This document shows positions 29,641 to 40,115 of a stretch of 64,000 nucleotides of DNA, one piece after another. The notes below the pieces were generated by a model. It made no database searches. It was given only the letters and a program-made list of their open reading frames with translations, and was not told the origin of the DNA. The DNA comes from an uncultured Candidatus Saccharibacteria bacterium (lineage in GTDB: Bacteria; Patescibacteriota; Saccharimonadia; Saccharimonadales; JAGQNJ01): NCBI GenBank assembly GCA_964491925.1, contig CAZBGZ010000001.1, positions 64,701-128,700 of the forward strand. Reading direction: 5' to 3'. Each line of letters starts with the position of its first letter. Position 1 is the first letter of the stretch. The position numbers and the translations under genes are program-made.

Positions 29641-30531
29641 ATGCCCAAAAGTGTTACTATTGATGTAATGGATTCCTTATACGCATGGATGGCGTCGCTT
29701 GCTTCTGGTATAACTCCGCTAGTTATCAAAAGGTCAAGCAAATCACTAATTAAAAGCCCGTGGCTCTTTAATGTCCTCTGGATAGCCTTTGGCATCCCAT
29801 TCGTTGTACTAATTGCGGTTTTCAAAGGTGGCGGTATGCCGTCTAATTGGCCTTCTATACTGCTCTTGGCTCTCAGTTCTGCTGGCTTCTATATCTTCTA
29901 TACTGTTTCGCTATACAAACTAGATGTGACAACGATAAGCCCCCTGTTTAGCCTGCGTATGGTTTTTGCAGCAGTTCTTGGCTTCTTAGTACTCGATGAA
30001 GCCGTCAGCCCCCTGAGCATAGCCCTTATTACGATAATTGTGCTGACTAGCCCTCTTGCAGCCTATAACGAGAAACTCAAAATTAGAGCATTCTTTCAAA
30101 GATACGTACTCTTGGCCATAATCGCAATGGCATCACTAGCCTTTATGGGTTACTTTACGAATTTATCAGTTTCAAAGAATGGTTATGCCACTACACTATT
30201 GTGGCAAGACTTTTTAACGTTGCTCATCTTACTTCCGACGCTAAAATTTGTTCGGCTTAGGAAAGGACAATTCTCACTTAAGAAACTCTGGCCTTTTGTG
30301 CTACTTGGAATTACTGGATTCGTATATACCGTGACTGCAACTGTTGCTTATGCACGTAATCTTGCCTTGAGCAGTGTTATTGTTTCACTTCCTTTATCAA
30401 TGATATTCGCCTACTTACTCTCGAAGAGGTATGACCATTTTCTTGAAAGCCACTCACAAAAAGTATATGCCGTTCGCTTTACGGGAGCGTTTATCATGAT
30501 TGTGTGTGCCATTTGGCTCAGCTTCTTATAG
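29641..30531 (+). CDS. EamA/DMT family transporter (cargo between tRNA-fMet repeats)
   Basis: About 10-TM protein with duplicated EamA-like halves. Start trimmed to the ATG at 29641, because the upstream ORF part covers tRNA-derived repeats. Confidence 0.65.
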   Translation: MPKSVTIDVMDSLYAWMASLASGITPLVIKRSSKSLIKSPWLFNVLWIAFGIPFVVLIAVFKGGGMPSNWPSILLLALSSAGFYIFYTVSLYKLDVTTISPLFSLRMVFAAVLGFLVLDEAVSPLSIALITIIVLTSPLAAYNEKLKIRAFFQRYVLLAIIAMASLAFMGYFTNLSVSKNGYATTLLWQDFLTLLILLPTLKFVRLRKGQFSLKKLWPFVLLGITGFVYTVTATVAYARNLALSSVIVSLPLSMIFAYLLSKRYDHFLESHSQKVYAVRFTGAFIMIVCAIWLSFL

Positions 30532-30590
30532 AAATCTCAGCCCACTAGCTAACTATGCTAGTATCTCATTCCAATTCGAATGCACTAGGG

Positions 30591-30663
30591 CAACCATGAA
30601 AAATACCTCAGCATTGGCTGGGGTCTTTTTCATTGTCGGGGCTAGACTCTGGTTCTGGGACGC
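30591..30663 (+). repeat. direct repeat, right copy (tRNA-fMet 3' end plus flank)
   Basis: CAACCATGAAAAATACC...CTGGGGTCTTTTTCATTG...GGTTCTGGGACGC matches most positions of 29381-29453 by eye. Confidence 0.8.
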
Positions 30664-30744
30664 GACAACAACTTAAAACATTATATTTGGTTTTTTTAGC
30701 TAACAGTTTTATGCTTAAGTTAAACATAATCGAGGGCACCCGTC

Positions 30745-31374
30745 ATGAAAAAGAAAAATTCCAAGAAGCCAGTTTTTAAGCCCGGTAAAATACTGATTGT
30801 CGTCGTAACGTTGATACTAATATCAGTGTCTCTGTTCGCTTATAAAAATCTGCGACGCGAATACATAACGGCTACCGACTCTACAGGTAGCTTCAGCTAT
30901 AAATATCCTGATGATTGGGTTATAGAGCCGTACGCATGGGTTGATTGTTGTGAAGGTCCTGCGAATACGGAGCCTGATTGGAACAAGCAGTCAAAACCGA
31001 TAACATTACATCCCGCCGACGACAACAAGGTAATAGTTACCATAAATTCTGATAAATACGGCGATATTTGGAAATCCTTTAAAGAACTGAAGGCTTCGGT
31101 AAAAGAGGATTATTTTGCAAAAATTCTTTTTGAGGGCAAAAGAATAGATGGTCATGAAGCATTATTTTCTCGCGTGGATTATCTTGGCCCGCCTGATGCA
31201 AAGGTAGAATCTTTTACTGATCATCGCTATTACTTTGATAACGAAAAAAGTGTTGTTCGAGTAGAGTTCCGGGAAAAATACCATCACGACTGGTCACCAG
31301 AAAACGAGATTGACTATGGTAAGTACAAAAATGACTTTGAGCACATAGCAAATTCAATAAAATTCTTAAATTAG
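30745..31374 (+). CDS. hypothetical membrane-anchored protein
   Basis: 209 aa with an N-terminal basic segment plus TM helix. No motif recognised. Confidence 0.5.
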   Translation: MKKKNSKKPVFKPGKILIVVVTLILISVSLFAYKNLRREYITATDSTGSFSYKYPDDWVIEPYAWVDCCEGPANTEPDWNKQSKPITLHPADDNKVIVTINSDKYGDIWKSFKELKASVKEDYFAKILFEGKRIDGHEALFSRVDYLGPPDAKVESFTDHRYYFDNEKSVVRVEFREKYHHDWSPENEIDYGKYKNDFEHIANSIKFLN

Positions 31375-31405
31375 TCTGTCGGTTTTGGTAACTGTAGGAT
31401 AGAGA

Positions 31406-31834
31406 CTATTCGCTATTTTTTTGCTTCATTTCAGAGAACGATTGTTTGATTAGATTTTCTAAAACTTTCTGGTCAACATCTACTAGCTTATTAATGTACA
31501 AACAACTGCCCTTGCTCGTTTTATGCTTGCCTAAGTTTTTTAGTAAATCCGAGTAATTTTCTGGACCAAGCATTAAATATAGAGTCAAGTTTTGCTTCCT
31601 GGGCGAAAATCCTGTTAGTGGCCAATCGCCTTCTTGCTTACTTCTCTCTGATTTGTAATGATACTGACCAAACCCGATAATGCTGGTGCCCCACATTTTG
31701 GGTTTCTCCCCTGTTATTCTGGTGAATATTCCAAGGAGTTTGAAGCTATCGTTCCTCTTTGTTTCGTCAGTTACAGAATTAATAAATTCCGTCACGCTAC
31801 TGTCATTTACTAAAGTTTTGATCGTACTACTCAC
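31406..31834 (-). CDS. DUF1801 (YdhG-like) domain protein
   Basis: KMWGTSIIGFGQYHYKSERSKQEGDWPLTGFSPRKQNLTLYL pattern typical of DUF1801. Confidence 0.6.
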   Translation of the reverse strand: MSSTIKTLVNDSSVTEFINSVTDETKRNDSFKLLGIFTRITGEKPKMWGTSIIGFGQYHYKSERSKQEGDWPLTGFSPRKQNLTLYLMLGPENYSDLLKNLGKHKTSKGSCLYINKLVDVDQKVLENLIKQSFSEMKQKNSE

Positions 31835-31881
31835 ATATTAATTATATCAGCAAGGGTCCCCCTATTTGATATCATGTAATA

Positions 31882-32343
31882 ATGGATGAAATAGTTAAGG
31901 CCTGGAAAAATTATGTTGAAAACCTCTCTAGCTGGCAATCAGTTGTGAAAGGAATCGTACCCAAAGAAACAGCTTGTGGCCCAGTCTACGAACCGCCTTC
32001 TCCACTTCCTGATAGAACTGAAACATTTGCAGTAAGTGATATGCGTAATGTCAAAGTTGCTTATCCGCACTATCATAAAAATGGTGAAACAGAGATTTAT
32101 TTTATTCTTCAAGGCTCTGGTCTAACTGTTGTTGGCGGGGAAGAAATCCTTATCAAAAAGGGTTCTGTGGTCATAACTCCGCCAAATACCACACACTATA
32201 CTATCCCGAAGGAAGATTTAGTTATGGTGGTCGTCAACACGCCTAGTTTCAATGCATCAAATATAGTAGAACCCCACGAAACCGATCCAAAAATAAAATT
32301 CGATAAATCCCAGTACGAAAGACTCGTAAATAAGCTCGGCTGA
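31882..32343 (+). CDS. cupin domain protein
   Basis: HYHKNGETEIYFILQGSG...VITPPNTTHY two-motif cupin pattern. Confidence 0.6.
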   Translation: MDEIVKAWKNYVENLSSWQSVVKGIVPKETACGPVYEPPSPLPDRTETFAVSDMRNVKVAYPHYHKNGETEIYFILQGSGLTVVGGEEILIKKGSVVITPPNTTHYTIPKEDLVMVVVNTPSFNASNIVEPHETDPKIKFDKSQYERLVNKLG

Positions 32344-32387
32344 TTATTGTTAGAAATTAAAAAGTGTGTCTCTGTTATTATGTGTGT

Positions 32388-33068
32388 ATGAAAACAATAA
32401 TTATATCTGGTGGTAGTGATGGGCTCGGGAAGGCGCTAGCAAAACATCTTACAGATTCGGGGAACAAAGTCATAATACTTGCCCCAAACGAAGAGAAAGT
32501 AAAAGCTGTAGCAAAAGAAATCGACTGCGCATTTAGAGTTTGCGATATATCAAGGTGGACACAAGTAGAATCAGCCGTGAAGTCGATAATATCTGAATAC
32601 AGGGTTATAGATGTACTAATTAATAATGCTGGGGTTACCTTTGCAGGCAAAATCGAAGATGCTGATCCAGAAGAAATAAAGCACATTTTCGACGTCAACG
32701 TTGTTGGTGCCCTTTTCCTAACCAAGACAGTTGTCCCGTCAATGAAAAACAAAGGCAATGGGTATATTATCAATATCAATTCGCAGGGCGGTATCTACAC
32801 AAAAGCCGAGAGAACATTATACAATGGGAGCAAATGGGCATTGACAGGCATCACAAAAGTACTCCAGGCTGAGCTGGCGCCAAGCAATATCAAGGTCACC
32901 GGTATCTACCCTGGCGCAATGGAACAAAGAATGAAAATCGATGGCAATAGAGGCCCACAGGACAATAGTTTTTCTTACCAGGAAATGGCCGATGCCGTAG
33001 ATTTTATTTTGAGCCGCGGCCCAAACACCTCTATCCCTGAACTAGGCATCAAAAACATAAACAATTAG
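32388..33068 (+). CDS. SDR family oxidoreductase
   Basis: ISGGSDGLGKALA (TGxxxGxG variant), NNAG and YNGSKWAL (YxxxK) motifs. Start trimmed to MKTIIISGG. Confidence 0.8.
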   Translation: MKTIIISGGSDGLGKALAKHLTDSGNKVIILAPNEEKVKAVAKEIDCAFRVCDISRWTQVESAVKSIISEYRVIDVLINNAGVTFAGKIEDADPEEIKHIFDVNVVGALFLTKTVVPSMKNKGNGYIININSQGGIYTKAERTLYNGSKWALTGITKVLQAELAPSNIKVTGIYPGAMEQRMKIDGNRGPQDNSFSYQEMADAVDFILSRGPNTSIPELGIKNINN

Positions 33069-33086
33069 TGTTGTATTATTAGTTCA

Positions 33087-33977
33087 ATGAGAAAGTCAAA
33101 AGCCCCACTTGGCGCCAGTTTAGTTGTTCTTTCGTCTATTTTTTACGCTAGTTACGGTATCTGGACCAAATTGATGGGCAATTATTTTGATGGTTACAGT
33201 GCTGCTATGTGGCGTAGCTTGATAGTTATTATAATCTTGGGGCCACTAGCTATTCACCTTCGTAAGTTAGAGCCAATAAAACTAAAACAGAACTGGCATT
33301 ACATTGTCGGTATGTTCACAGCGTCTCTATTCACCTGGGGCCCCTTATATTACGCAATTTTACATGCCGGTATTGGCATAACTTTGACGATTGCATATGC
33401 CAGCATCGTAATTGGTGCATTCTTTTTCGGTTGGTTATTTGCAGATGAGCGCCTTACCAAAGACAAGGTTATATCTGCATTGTTAGGTATTTTAGGGTTA
33501 GGTTTAATATTTTCGCCGAACGTATCTAGCCTGGGTTTAGTAGCATTGCTCGCTGCCCTGATTGGAGGACTGTCGAGTGCCGCAAATATGGTGTTTTCGA
33601 AACAGATTCGATATAACGCCACGCAATCTACTTTGGTGCTATGGACAATGTCATTATTTGCAAATCTAGCTATGGCTATCGTGTTTAGCGTTAGCAACCC
33701 TAGTATTGGTTTGCAGATTCAGTGGCTATATTTGGTTTTCTTTGCTATAGCTTCTGTTGTTGCTTCGTGGGCACTAGTAAAAGGATTAAAACTAATTGAT
33801 GCTGGAGCCGCGGGTATTCTAGGATTACTAGAAATAGTTTTTGGGGTTTTGTTTGGCGTACTATTCTTTAGCGAAAGACCAAGCATTATTGCGTTATTGG
33901 GCATGGGCGTAATTATCATTGCTGCAGCCATCCCCTACATAAAAGACTACAATTCCCAGCGCGGCAGCCTAGACTAA
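33087..33977 (+). CDS. EamA/DMT family transporter
   Basis: 296 aa, 10 TM helices, two EamA-like halves. Confidence 0.7.
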   Translation: MRKSKAPLGASLVVLSSIFYASYGIWTKLMGNYFDGYSAAMWRSLIVIIILGPLAIHLRKLEPIKLKQNWHYIVGMFTASLFTWGPLYYAILHAGIGITLTIAYASIVIGAFFFGWLFADERLTKDKVISALLGILGLGLIFSPNVSSLGLVALLAALIGGLSSAANMVFSKQIRYNATQSTLVLWTMSLFANLAMAIVFSVSNPSIGLQIQWLYLVFFAIASVVASWALVKGLKLIDAGAAGILGLLEIVFGVLFGVLFFSERPSIIALLGMGVIIIAAAIPYIKDYNSQRGSLD

Positions 33978-33996
33978 TATTTGTTACTATATATTA

Positions 33997-34740
33997 ATGC
34001 AGATAATTAAAACCAAGAGCTTTGAACTGTCAATTATTAGTGCTGGTGATGCCAATGCAGAAAAAATAGCTATCGTAATTCCTGGCAGGTTAGACACAAA
34101 AGACTATGCACAAAACCCAAGTCACATAAAGTTTCTGGCGAGCAAAGGCTACTACGCGATATCGTTCGACCCGCCTGGAACATGGGATAGTCCTGGCAGT
34201 ATAGACCTATTCAGTACGACCAATTACATCAAGGCCGTTAATGAACTGATTGAATATTTTGGCAACAGGCCAACTCTCGTCATGGGTCACAGCCGAGGCG
34301 GAACTGTGACAATGCTAGTAGGACCGCAGAATCCTAAGATTACTCATATGATATCTGTTAATTCGTCTTACGGTGGTCCTATTGATATAGACAAGCCAGT
34401 ACCAGATGAAGTAAATGTTTCGTACCGTGACATTCCACCAGGGAATACTCGCACCAAAGAACAGAAACGTTTTGACTTGCCCTACAACTACTTTGTTGAT
34501 GCCGAACAGTACGATGCGTTAGATGGATTGAGTAAATGCAAAAAACCAAAACTGTTTTTTTATGGCACTAAAGATATTTTGACAACCAAAGATATCGTCC
34601 AGAAAATGTATGAAACATCTGCAGAACCAAAAAAGATTCACGCATTAGACACCCAACACGACTATAGATTACACCCCGAGATTATTGACGAAGTGAACAA
34701 AGTTTTGGGCGAATTCTTGGACGAAAACCCTCTGACGTAA
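33997..34740 (+). CDS. alpha/beta hydrolase
   Basis: GHSRGG nucleophile elbow (GxSxG), length 247 aa. Confidence 0.65.
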   Translation: MQIIKTKSFELSIISAGDANAEKIAIVIPGRLDTKDYAQNPSHIKFLASKGYYAISFDPPGTWDSPGSIDLFSTTNYIKAVNELIEYFGNRPTLVMGHSRGGTVTMLVGPQNPKITHMISVNSSYGGPIDIDKPVPDEVNVSYRDIPPGNTRTKEQKRFDLPYNYFVDAEQYDALDGLSKCKKPKLFFYGTKDILTTKDIVQKMYETSAEPKKIHALDTQHDYRLHPEIIDEVNKVLGEFLDENPLT

Positions 34741-34784
34741 CCTAGAGGTTGGTAGATTGTTGGCCAAACTATATACTTCTTTTA

Positions 34785-35966
34785 ATGCCCAACCACGGAA
34801 AATCAGCTCTTCACCTAAAACCAACTCACGAGCTTGTCTCTACGAGAATGCTTTTTACCCTAGGCATGGCCGCCACGACTGTTGGCGTGCCGTTGTATTT
34901 GATTAGTTTGGGGATGGCAGACTCTCAGATTGGAATATTCATAGGGATATCTGCCTTTTTGATAGCTGTTGCATCGCTGTTTATGCCGCCGATTCTAGAA
35001 CGGTTCAATCAGTTTAGGTTGCTGATAATAAGCTCTATCTTGACTGGACTATCGTACGTTTTCTTTGGTTATACGAAAAATACTGCCCTAGCCATGGCTT
35101 TGGTGTTTATAACAAACCTTTGTATCACGATCAACATTAACTCACTGAGCATACTGTTTAAAGATTCAACTCGCAGTAAACAAGAGTTTACGCGAGACAC
35201 CGGCCTAATGGGTTCGTTGGTCAACTTCAGCTGGTTTATTGGGCCTTTGTTGGGGGGATTAGTTCTAAACTATGCCGGAGTAAACGGGTTATTTATCCTT
35301 TCAGGCTCACTGTGCATTATTAGCGCTATCTATTTGTTTATACTACCCATAAAAACAGTGGTGAAAAAACGCGACGAATTAGATATTAGCATTAAAGAAA
35401 ATTTGCGTTTTTATATATCTAAGCCAAATCTAAAAATCGCTTACATACAAAGAATGGGCATTACAATCTGGTGGGGGTTCATTTGGACATTCATGCCTAT
35501 TTTTATGGCCAGGCATGGCTACAGTGTCGCGAGCATTGGTCTATTCATGAGTCTGTCGCAGTTACCATTATTTTTATTGGAGTTTAAGACGGTTGGCATA
35601 GTCGCAAAAGTGGGGTACCGTGCTGTATTTGTAACATCCTACGCATTCCTGGCAATTATATGTCTCTTATCGTTTGTTACTGGTAATTTTTTATTGGTCA
35701 TCGCCGCGTTGCTTGTAGGCTCGCTGTCACTTAGTTTTATCGAACCGATTAGCGAACTATACTTTTTTGACCAGGTTTCCAGGCTGGAAGAGGAAAAAAC
35801 ATATCCTATTTTTGGAACGTCTAGCCTTGTCGGGAGCACTTTAGCGCGAGTGGGCGTTGGCATCAGTTTAGCTTTGGTGGCTGACCGAGTCGCGTTTTTA
35901 GTAATCGGATTTTTTATGATTTACGGTGCGTTCAAAGCTCTGGCCATAAGTTCGAATGATTCATAA
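34785..35966 (+). CDS. MFS transporter
   Basis: 12-TM profile in two six-helix halves. Start trimmed to MPNHGKS. Confidence 0.65.
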   Translation: MPNHGKSALHLKPTHELVSTRMLFTLGMAATTVGVPLYLISLGMADSQIGIFIGISAFLIAVASLFMPPILERFNQFRLLIISSILTGLSYVFFGYTKNTALAMALVFITNLCITININSLSILFKDSTRSKQEFTRDTGLMGSLVNFSWFIGPLLGGLVLNYAGVNGLFILSGSLCIISAIYLFILPIKTVVKKRDELDISIKENLRFYISKPNLKIAYIQRMGITIWWGFIWTFMPIFMARHGYSVASIGLFMSLSQLPLFLLEFKTVGIVAKVGYRAVFVTSYAFLAIICLLSFVTGNFLLVIAALLVGSLSLSFIEPISELYFFDQVSRLEEEKTYPIFGTSSLVGSTLARVGVGISLALVADRVAFLVIGFFMIYGAFKALAISSNDS

Positions 35967-35978
35967 ATTTTGAAAGAA

Positions 35979-38135
35979 TTAAACTTTTGTGACAGGAACA
36001 ATTGTGTGTTTTATGGGTATAGAAAACCCGAATGTTGATCCCTTGCTACTACTTTCAAAAATTATCTGGCCGTTTTGAGCATCGGTTACTCGTTTGACGA
36101 GGTATAGTCCGATTCCTGTGCCGTCGGGACGTTCATTTTTTGCGTTGCCAGCCCGGAAAAATTTAGTAAATAATTTCGCCTTTTCGCTCTCTGGTACCCC
36201 TATACCATTGTCCACCACTTTGAATATAATTTTGTCTAAATTGCGGTCAAGAAAGACATCGACTTTTCCGCCAGGGGTATATTGAATTGCGTTGTCGATT
36301 AGATTGATAATTGCCTGACGAGTTTTTTGTTCATCGATGTATGCCTCTGGCAGAGGCGTACTAGGAGCGTGATAAGTTAAAGTAACTTCGTTTTCTTTTG
36401 CCCGAAGTTCTAACCCATTTACTTCAGTGGGGACCAAGATGTTCAAGTCACAAGGTGCTTGGTCTATAGTGAACTTACCAGCAGTCATTTTGCTAATAGT
36501 CAGAAGATCAACCACCAATTGTTTCATGACTCGGGCTCGAGCCAGAGCCGAAGATAGCGGATGATTCAATTTGTCACTTACAGGTCCGTAGTAACCTTTG
36601 GTTGCCATATTCAGATAACCGTCAATGGCCGCCAGAGGCGTAGTTAATTGATGTGACGCCATAGATATAAAGTCATCTTTTACTTCATCTGCGTCTTTTA
36701 GTTTTTTGTTAAGCAATCGCAGTTCCTGAGTTGCATGGTCCACCCTTTGTTGGAGCAGAGTATTAAATTGTCTAACCAATGCGTATGACAAACTATTGTG
36801 AATAGCTACAGCAAGTTGACCTGATGCAATTTCTATTAGATTGGCATCTTGGGTGGAGTAGTTGGTTCCGCTGCTTTTTTCAGAAAATAACAAATAACCA
36901 ATTTTTTCATTATTTGCTACCAGCGGTGCAATGACGGCAAGCTCGTATCCCTCCATTGCAGCTTTTTGATCACCGGATGGTAGGTTGTCTTTAACATACA
37001 CACTATAGGTAAACTGTTTTAGATCGTTCGAAACCTTTTCATGGTTGTCACTAATTACACCGGCGGATTCAAAATAGATTTTTTCTTTATCCAGAACGAT
37101 AATGTCGACAGTTTTTACATGCATCTGGTTTTGTAGTAAGTTTGCCACTTTATTGGTTAATGTGCCTAAATCAATTTCAGAAGCCAGAATTCTACCCATT
37201 TCATTTACCAAAAGTTGTGGGTCATACTCGTCTCTAAAAAACAATTTATCAGTTAGCTTTTTTATCCACCTAATCAAAGGCCTAATTGTAAGGGCAAGAA
37301 TCACAGCAACAACGACAAAATAAACCTGTTGAAGTTCACTTAATTTCAGGTCTGGAAATAGAATCTTGCTTGTTCCAAAAATTATCGCACTATAACAAAG
37401 CGTAATCGCAACAGCCATAAGGACAAAGCCAAATGAACGAAAAATTACGGATCGGATATCAAACATTTTATGACGAAGTATAGCCACTCCAACAGCGCCT
37501 ACTAAAACCACGTTTGCGGGGTTCCCGATGACATTCCCTAGTGAGCTTTGTCCAAATGTTGGCAGCACTATTTGGGTGATCATGTTCACGCCAACAGATA
37601 TTCCAATTCCGAATGACATCAATTTGATTTGCGCCCTAACCACGGCATCTGATTTTTTGCTGTGGTTATACAGAATACTGAAACTGATAGTAAATAGCGC
37701 CACAAAATATAATAGCGTCGCCCATAGGCCAAACCCGACTTGGCTGAGAATAGTGCCGTACTGATGTCGTTGAACCTCGGCAATTGTTGAAGGCAAAAAG
37801 GCTAGGACAGAAAGTATTGGTAAGAATAATAAAGCAGCTATGGTTATCTTTTTGTATTTAATGCCCGAATCAGTGAATGAGAGTGCGAAGCTAAAGAAAA
37901 ACAGTGGTATAAAATTAGCAAAAAACAGGGCTATTCTAGATAGCAATAAGGCACCGTCCAAACTTTCTGGCAACTCTGCACAAAAAGATGCTGCCGAATA
38001 CAAAAAAACGGCTAATCCAAATAACAAAAATGCCCGATAAATCTTGGACTCGGTATTTTTCAATCCAACGAATAGTAGTATCGTGAATAATCCTACGAGC
38101 GTAAGAACATATGAAACAAGCTCAATAAGAGGCAT
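35979..38135 (-). CDS. sensor histidine kinase with polytopic N-terminal membrane domain (no adjacent response regulator)
   Basis: About 7 N-terminal TM helices, a central GAF-like region, H-box SMASHQLTTPL, N-box DNAIQYT, G-boxes DNGIGV and GTGIGLYL. Confidence 0.85.
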   Translation of the reverse strand: MPLIELVSYVLTLVGLFTILLFVGLKNTESKIYRAFLLFGLAVFLYSAASFCAELPESLDGALLLSRIALFFANFIPLFFFSFALSFTDSGIKYKKITIAALLFLPILSVLAFLPSTIAEVQRHQYGTILSQVGFGLWATLLYFVALFTISFSILYNHSKKSDAVVRAQIKLMSFGIGISVGVNMITQIVLPTFGQSSLGNVIGNPANVVLVGAVGVAILRHKMFDIRSVIFRSFGFVLMAVAITLCYSAIIFGTSKILFPDLKLSELQQVYFVVVAVILALTIRPLIRWIKKLTDKLFFRDEYDPQLLVNEMGRILASEIDLGTLTNKVANLLQNQMHVKTVDIIVLDKEKIYFESAGVISDNHEKVSNDLKQFTYSVYVKDNLPSGDQKAAMEGYELAVIAPLVANNEKIGYLLFSEKSSGTNYSTQDANLIEIASGQLAVAIHNSLSYALVRQFNTLLQQRVDHATQELRLLNKKLKDADEVKDDFISMASHQLTTPLAAIDGYLNMATKGYYGPVSDKLNHPLSSALARARVMKQLVVDLLTISKMTAGKFTIDQAPCDLNILVPTEVNGLELRAKENEVTLTYHAPSTPLPEAYIDEQKTRQAIINLIDNAIQYTPGGKVDVFLDRNLDKIIFKVVDNGIGVPESEKAKLFTKFFRAGNAKNERPDGTGIGLYLVKRVTDAQNGQIIFESSSKGSTFGFSIPIKHTIVPVTKV

Positions 38136-38308
38136 TTGCTGGCCTCCCTATAAATAGCGCGCAACCCTTGATTTGCATGCTAGGAAATGACGCTATTGTT
38201 TTTGTGCTACATGACCGCAACAATAATCCACCCCTTTTCATGTATAGATTATATATCATGATTGGACGTGTATTACGTTTTGCTTACTTTTTTGTACCCA
38301 CCGACGAT

Positions 38309-40066
38309 TTAGTCGTCTATGAAACCACCGTGCTGGTGTCCCCATAGCTCGGCATATAGACCTTCTCGTTCAAGTAATTCTTTATGTGTACCGTCTTCGA
38401 CCGCTTTTCCGTCTTTCAGCAAAATGATGCGGTCTAGTTTGCGAATTGTAGAAAGCCTATGAGCGATAACAATTGTGGTACGGTTTTCCATCAGACTGTT
38501 GAGTGCACCTGTAATTAGTTTCTCACTCTTACTGTCTAGGGCTGAGGTGGCTTCATCCAGCACAAGTATTGGAGCCTTTTTCAGCATAGCCCTGGCAATT
38601 GCTACGCGTTGTTTTTGCCCACCGGATAGTTTTACTCCACGTTCGCCGACAAGCGTCTCGTACCCATTTGGTAGTTTTTCGATGAACTCGTCCGCATGGG
38701 CCAACTCTGCGGCCTTAATTACTTCTTCCTTGCTAGCTTTGGGGTTTCCGTACGCAATGTTGTCGTAAATTGATCTATGAAATAATAGTGGCTCCTGCGG
38801 TACGTATGCGATATTTCGACGGAGGTCATCCTGAGTAATTTTCGAGATATCGTAACCATCTAATAAAATCTGGCCACTATTTGTATCCATAAATCTTAAC
38901 AGTAACTTTGTGAAAGTAGTTTTACCACCACCACTAGGACCGACCAGGCCAACTTTTTGGCCAACAGGGATGGTTAAGTCTAATTTCGTAAAAACATCTT
39001 TTTCGTTATCACCATCGTAACGGAAATCAACATCCTTGATTGTTATCACTCCCTTTATTTTATCGGTTATCTTTTTTGGTTTATCCGGGTCTTTTACTGA
39101 AGGCTCTAGTTCAAATATTTCTGACATTTCTGCGGCATCAGCAAAAGCCTCTTCTAGTTTTTCGACTAGCTTCCCGAACTCCCATAAGCCTGATATTAAC
39201 TGTCGTAAATATAACTGAACCAAAAGCATTTGCGCCAAACTGACAGTGCCATCAAGAACGAACTTTATTGATAGAATAATTATTAATACTTCGATAAATG
39301 TACTGGCTACAAATTTGTATATTCTTATGTATTCGTTTCCAAACAAGTTATGGATTCTCGCTTTGGCCCGTTGCCTGCTGACCGACTCGAAAGCCAGAAG
39401 TTCTTTACCGAAGCTGGAAAACATCTTTACTGGCAGGACATTCGTGTAAACATCGGCAACGACTCCGGTAACTTTTGAATCATATTCGGCAACTTTTTTT
39501 GCCCGCGGGTACTTTTTCTTTTGTAGGTAAACAAGACTTGAAGAATACAACAAAGTCCAGCCCATAAAGACAAATGCTATGGGCCGTGAAACATACAACA
39601 GTATTACAAATGGGAAAACAATTTGTACAATCAGAGCATTAATATCAAATATCAAGGCTCGCGAGAGAGTGTCAAACGAACGCGTAAAACGATTGAATTT
39701 TGTGACAAGCGATCCAGTAAAATTATTAGAGAAAAAATCACTGCTGTGAGACATCGTTGCTTTAAAACTACGCATGTCTACGTCCATTAGGCTGTACGAA
39801 TGTGCGTAAAACCAAAAGAATAATCCAACACGGCCTGATACTAGTTGTAATAAAAATATCAAAATCCAAGCCCAAACATAAACAGCAAAGTCTGCAAATG
39901 TCTTACCTGAAATATTTGCCAATTCGCCGAACAACTTGCTTAGAACCAATGGCTGGAAGAAAAATGAACATACAAAAACTATGGTGGTTAGCACAAACGC
40001 TACCAACCACCTCCATTTGCGTGGGCGGATTGCAGACCAATAGATAGATAGGGTTTTCCTTAACAT
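38309..40066 (-). CDS. ABC exporter, fused permease/ATPase (MsbA/MdlB-like)
   Basis: Six-TM domain, then Walker A GPSGGGKTT, signature LSGGQKQR and Walker B ILVLDEATSALD. Confidence 0.88.
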   Translation of the reverse strand: MLRKTLSIYWSAIRPRKWRWLVAFVLTTIVFVCSFFFQPLVLSKLFGELANISGKTFADFAVYVWAWILIFLLQLVSGRVGLFFWFYAHSYSLMDVDMRSFKATMSHSSDFFSNNFTGSLVTKFNRFTRSFDTLSRALIFDINALIVQIVFPFVILLYVSRPIAFVFMGWTLLYSSSLVYLQKKKYPRAKKVAEYDSKVTGVVADVYTNVLPVKMFSSFGKELLAFESVSRQRAKARIHNLFGNEYIRIYKFVASTFIEVLIIILSIKFVLDGTVSLAQMLLVQLYLRQLISGLWEFGKLVEKLEEAFADAAEMSEIFELEPSVKDPDKPKKITDKIKGVITIKDVDFRYDGDNEKDVFTKLDLTIPVGQKVGLVGPSGGGKTTFTKLLLRFMDTNSGQILLDGYDISKITQDDLRRNIAYVPQEPLLFHRSIYDNIAYGNPKASKEEVIKAAELAHADEFIEKLPNGYETLVGERGVKLSGGQKQRVAIARAMLKKAPILVLDEATSALDSKSEKLITGALNSLMENRTTIVIAHRLSTIRKLDRIILLKDGKAVEDGTHKELLEREGLYAELWGHQHGGFIDD

Positions 40067-40115
40067 TTAAGCCTTATATTACGCTAATTAAACTGTCTCG
40101 AGAAATAAAATAGTA

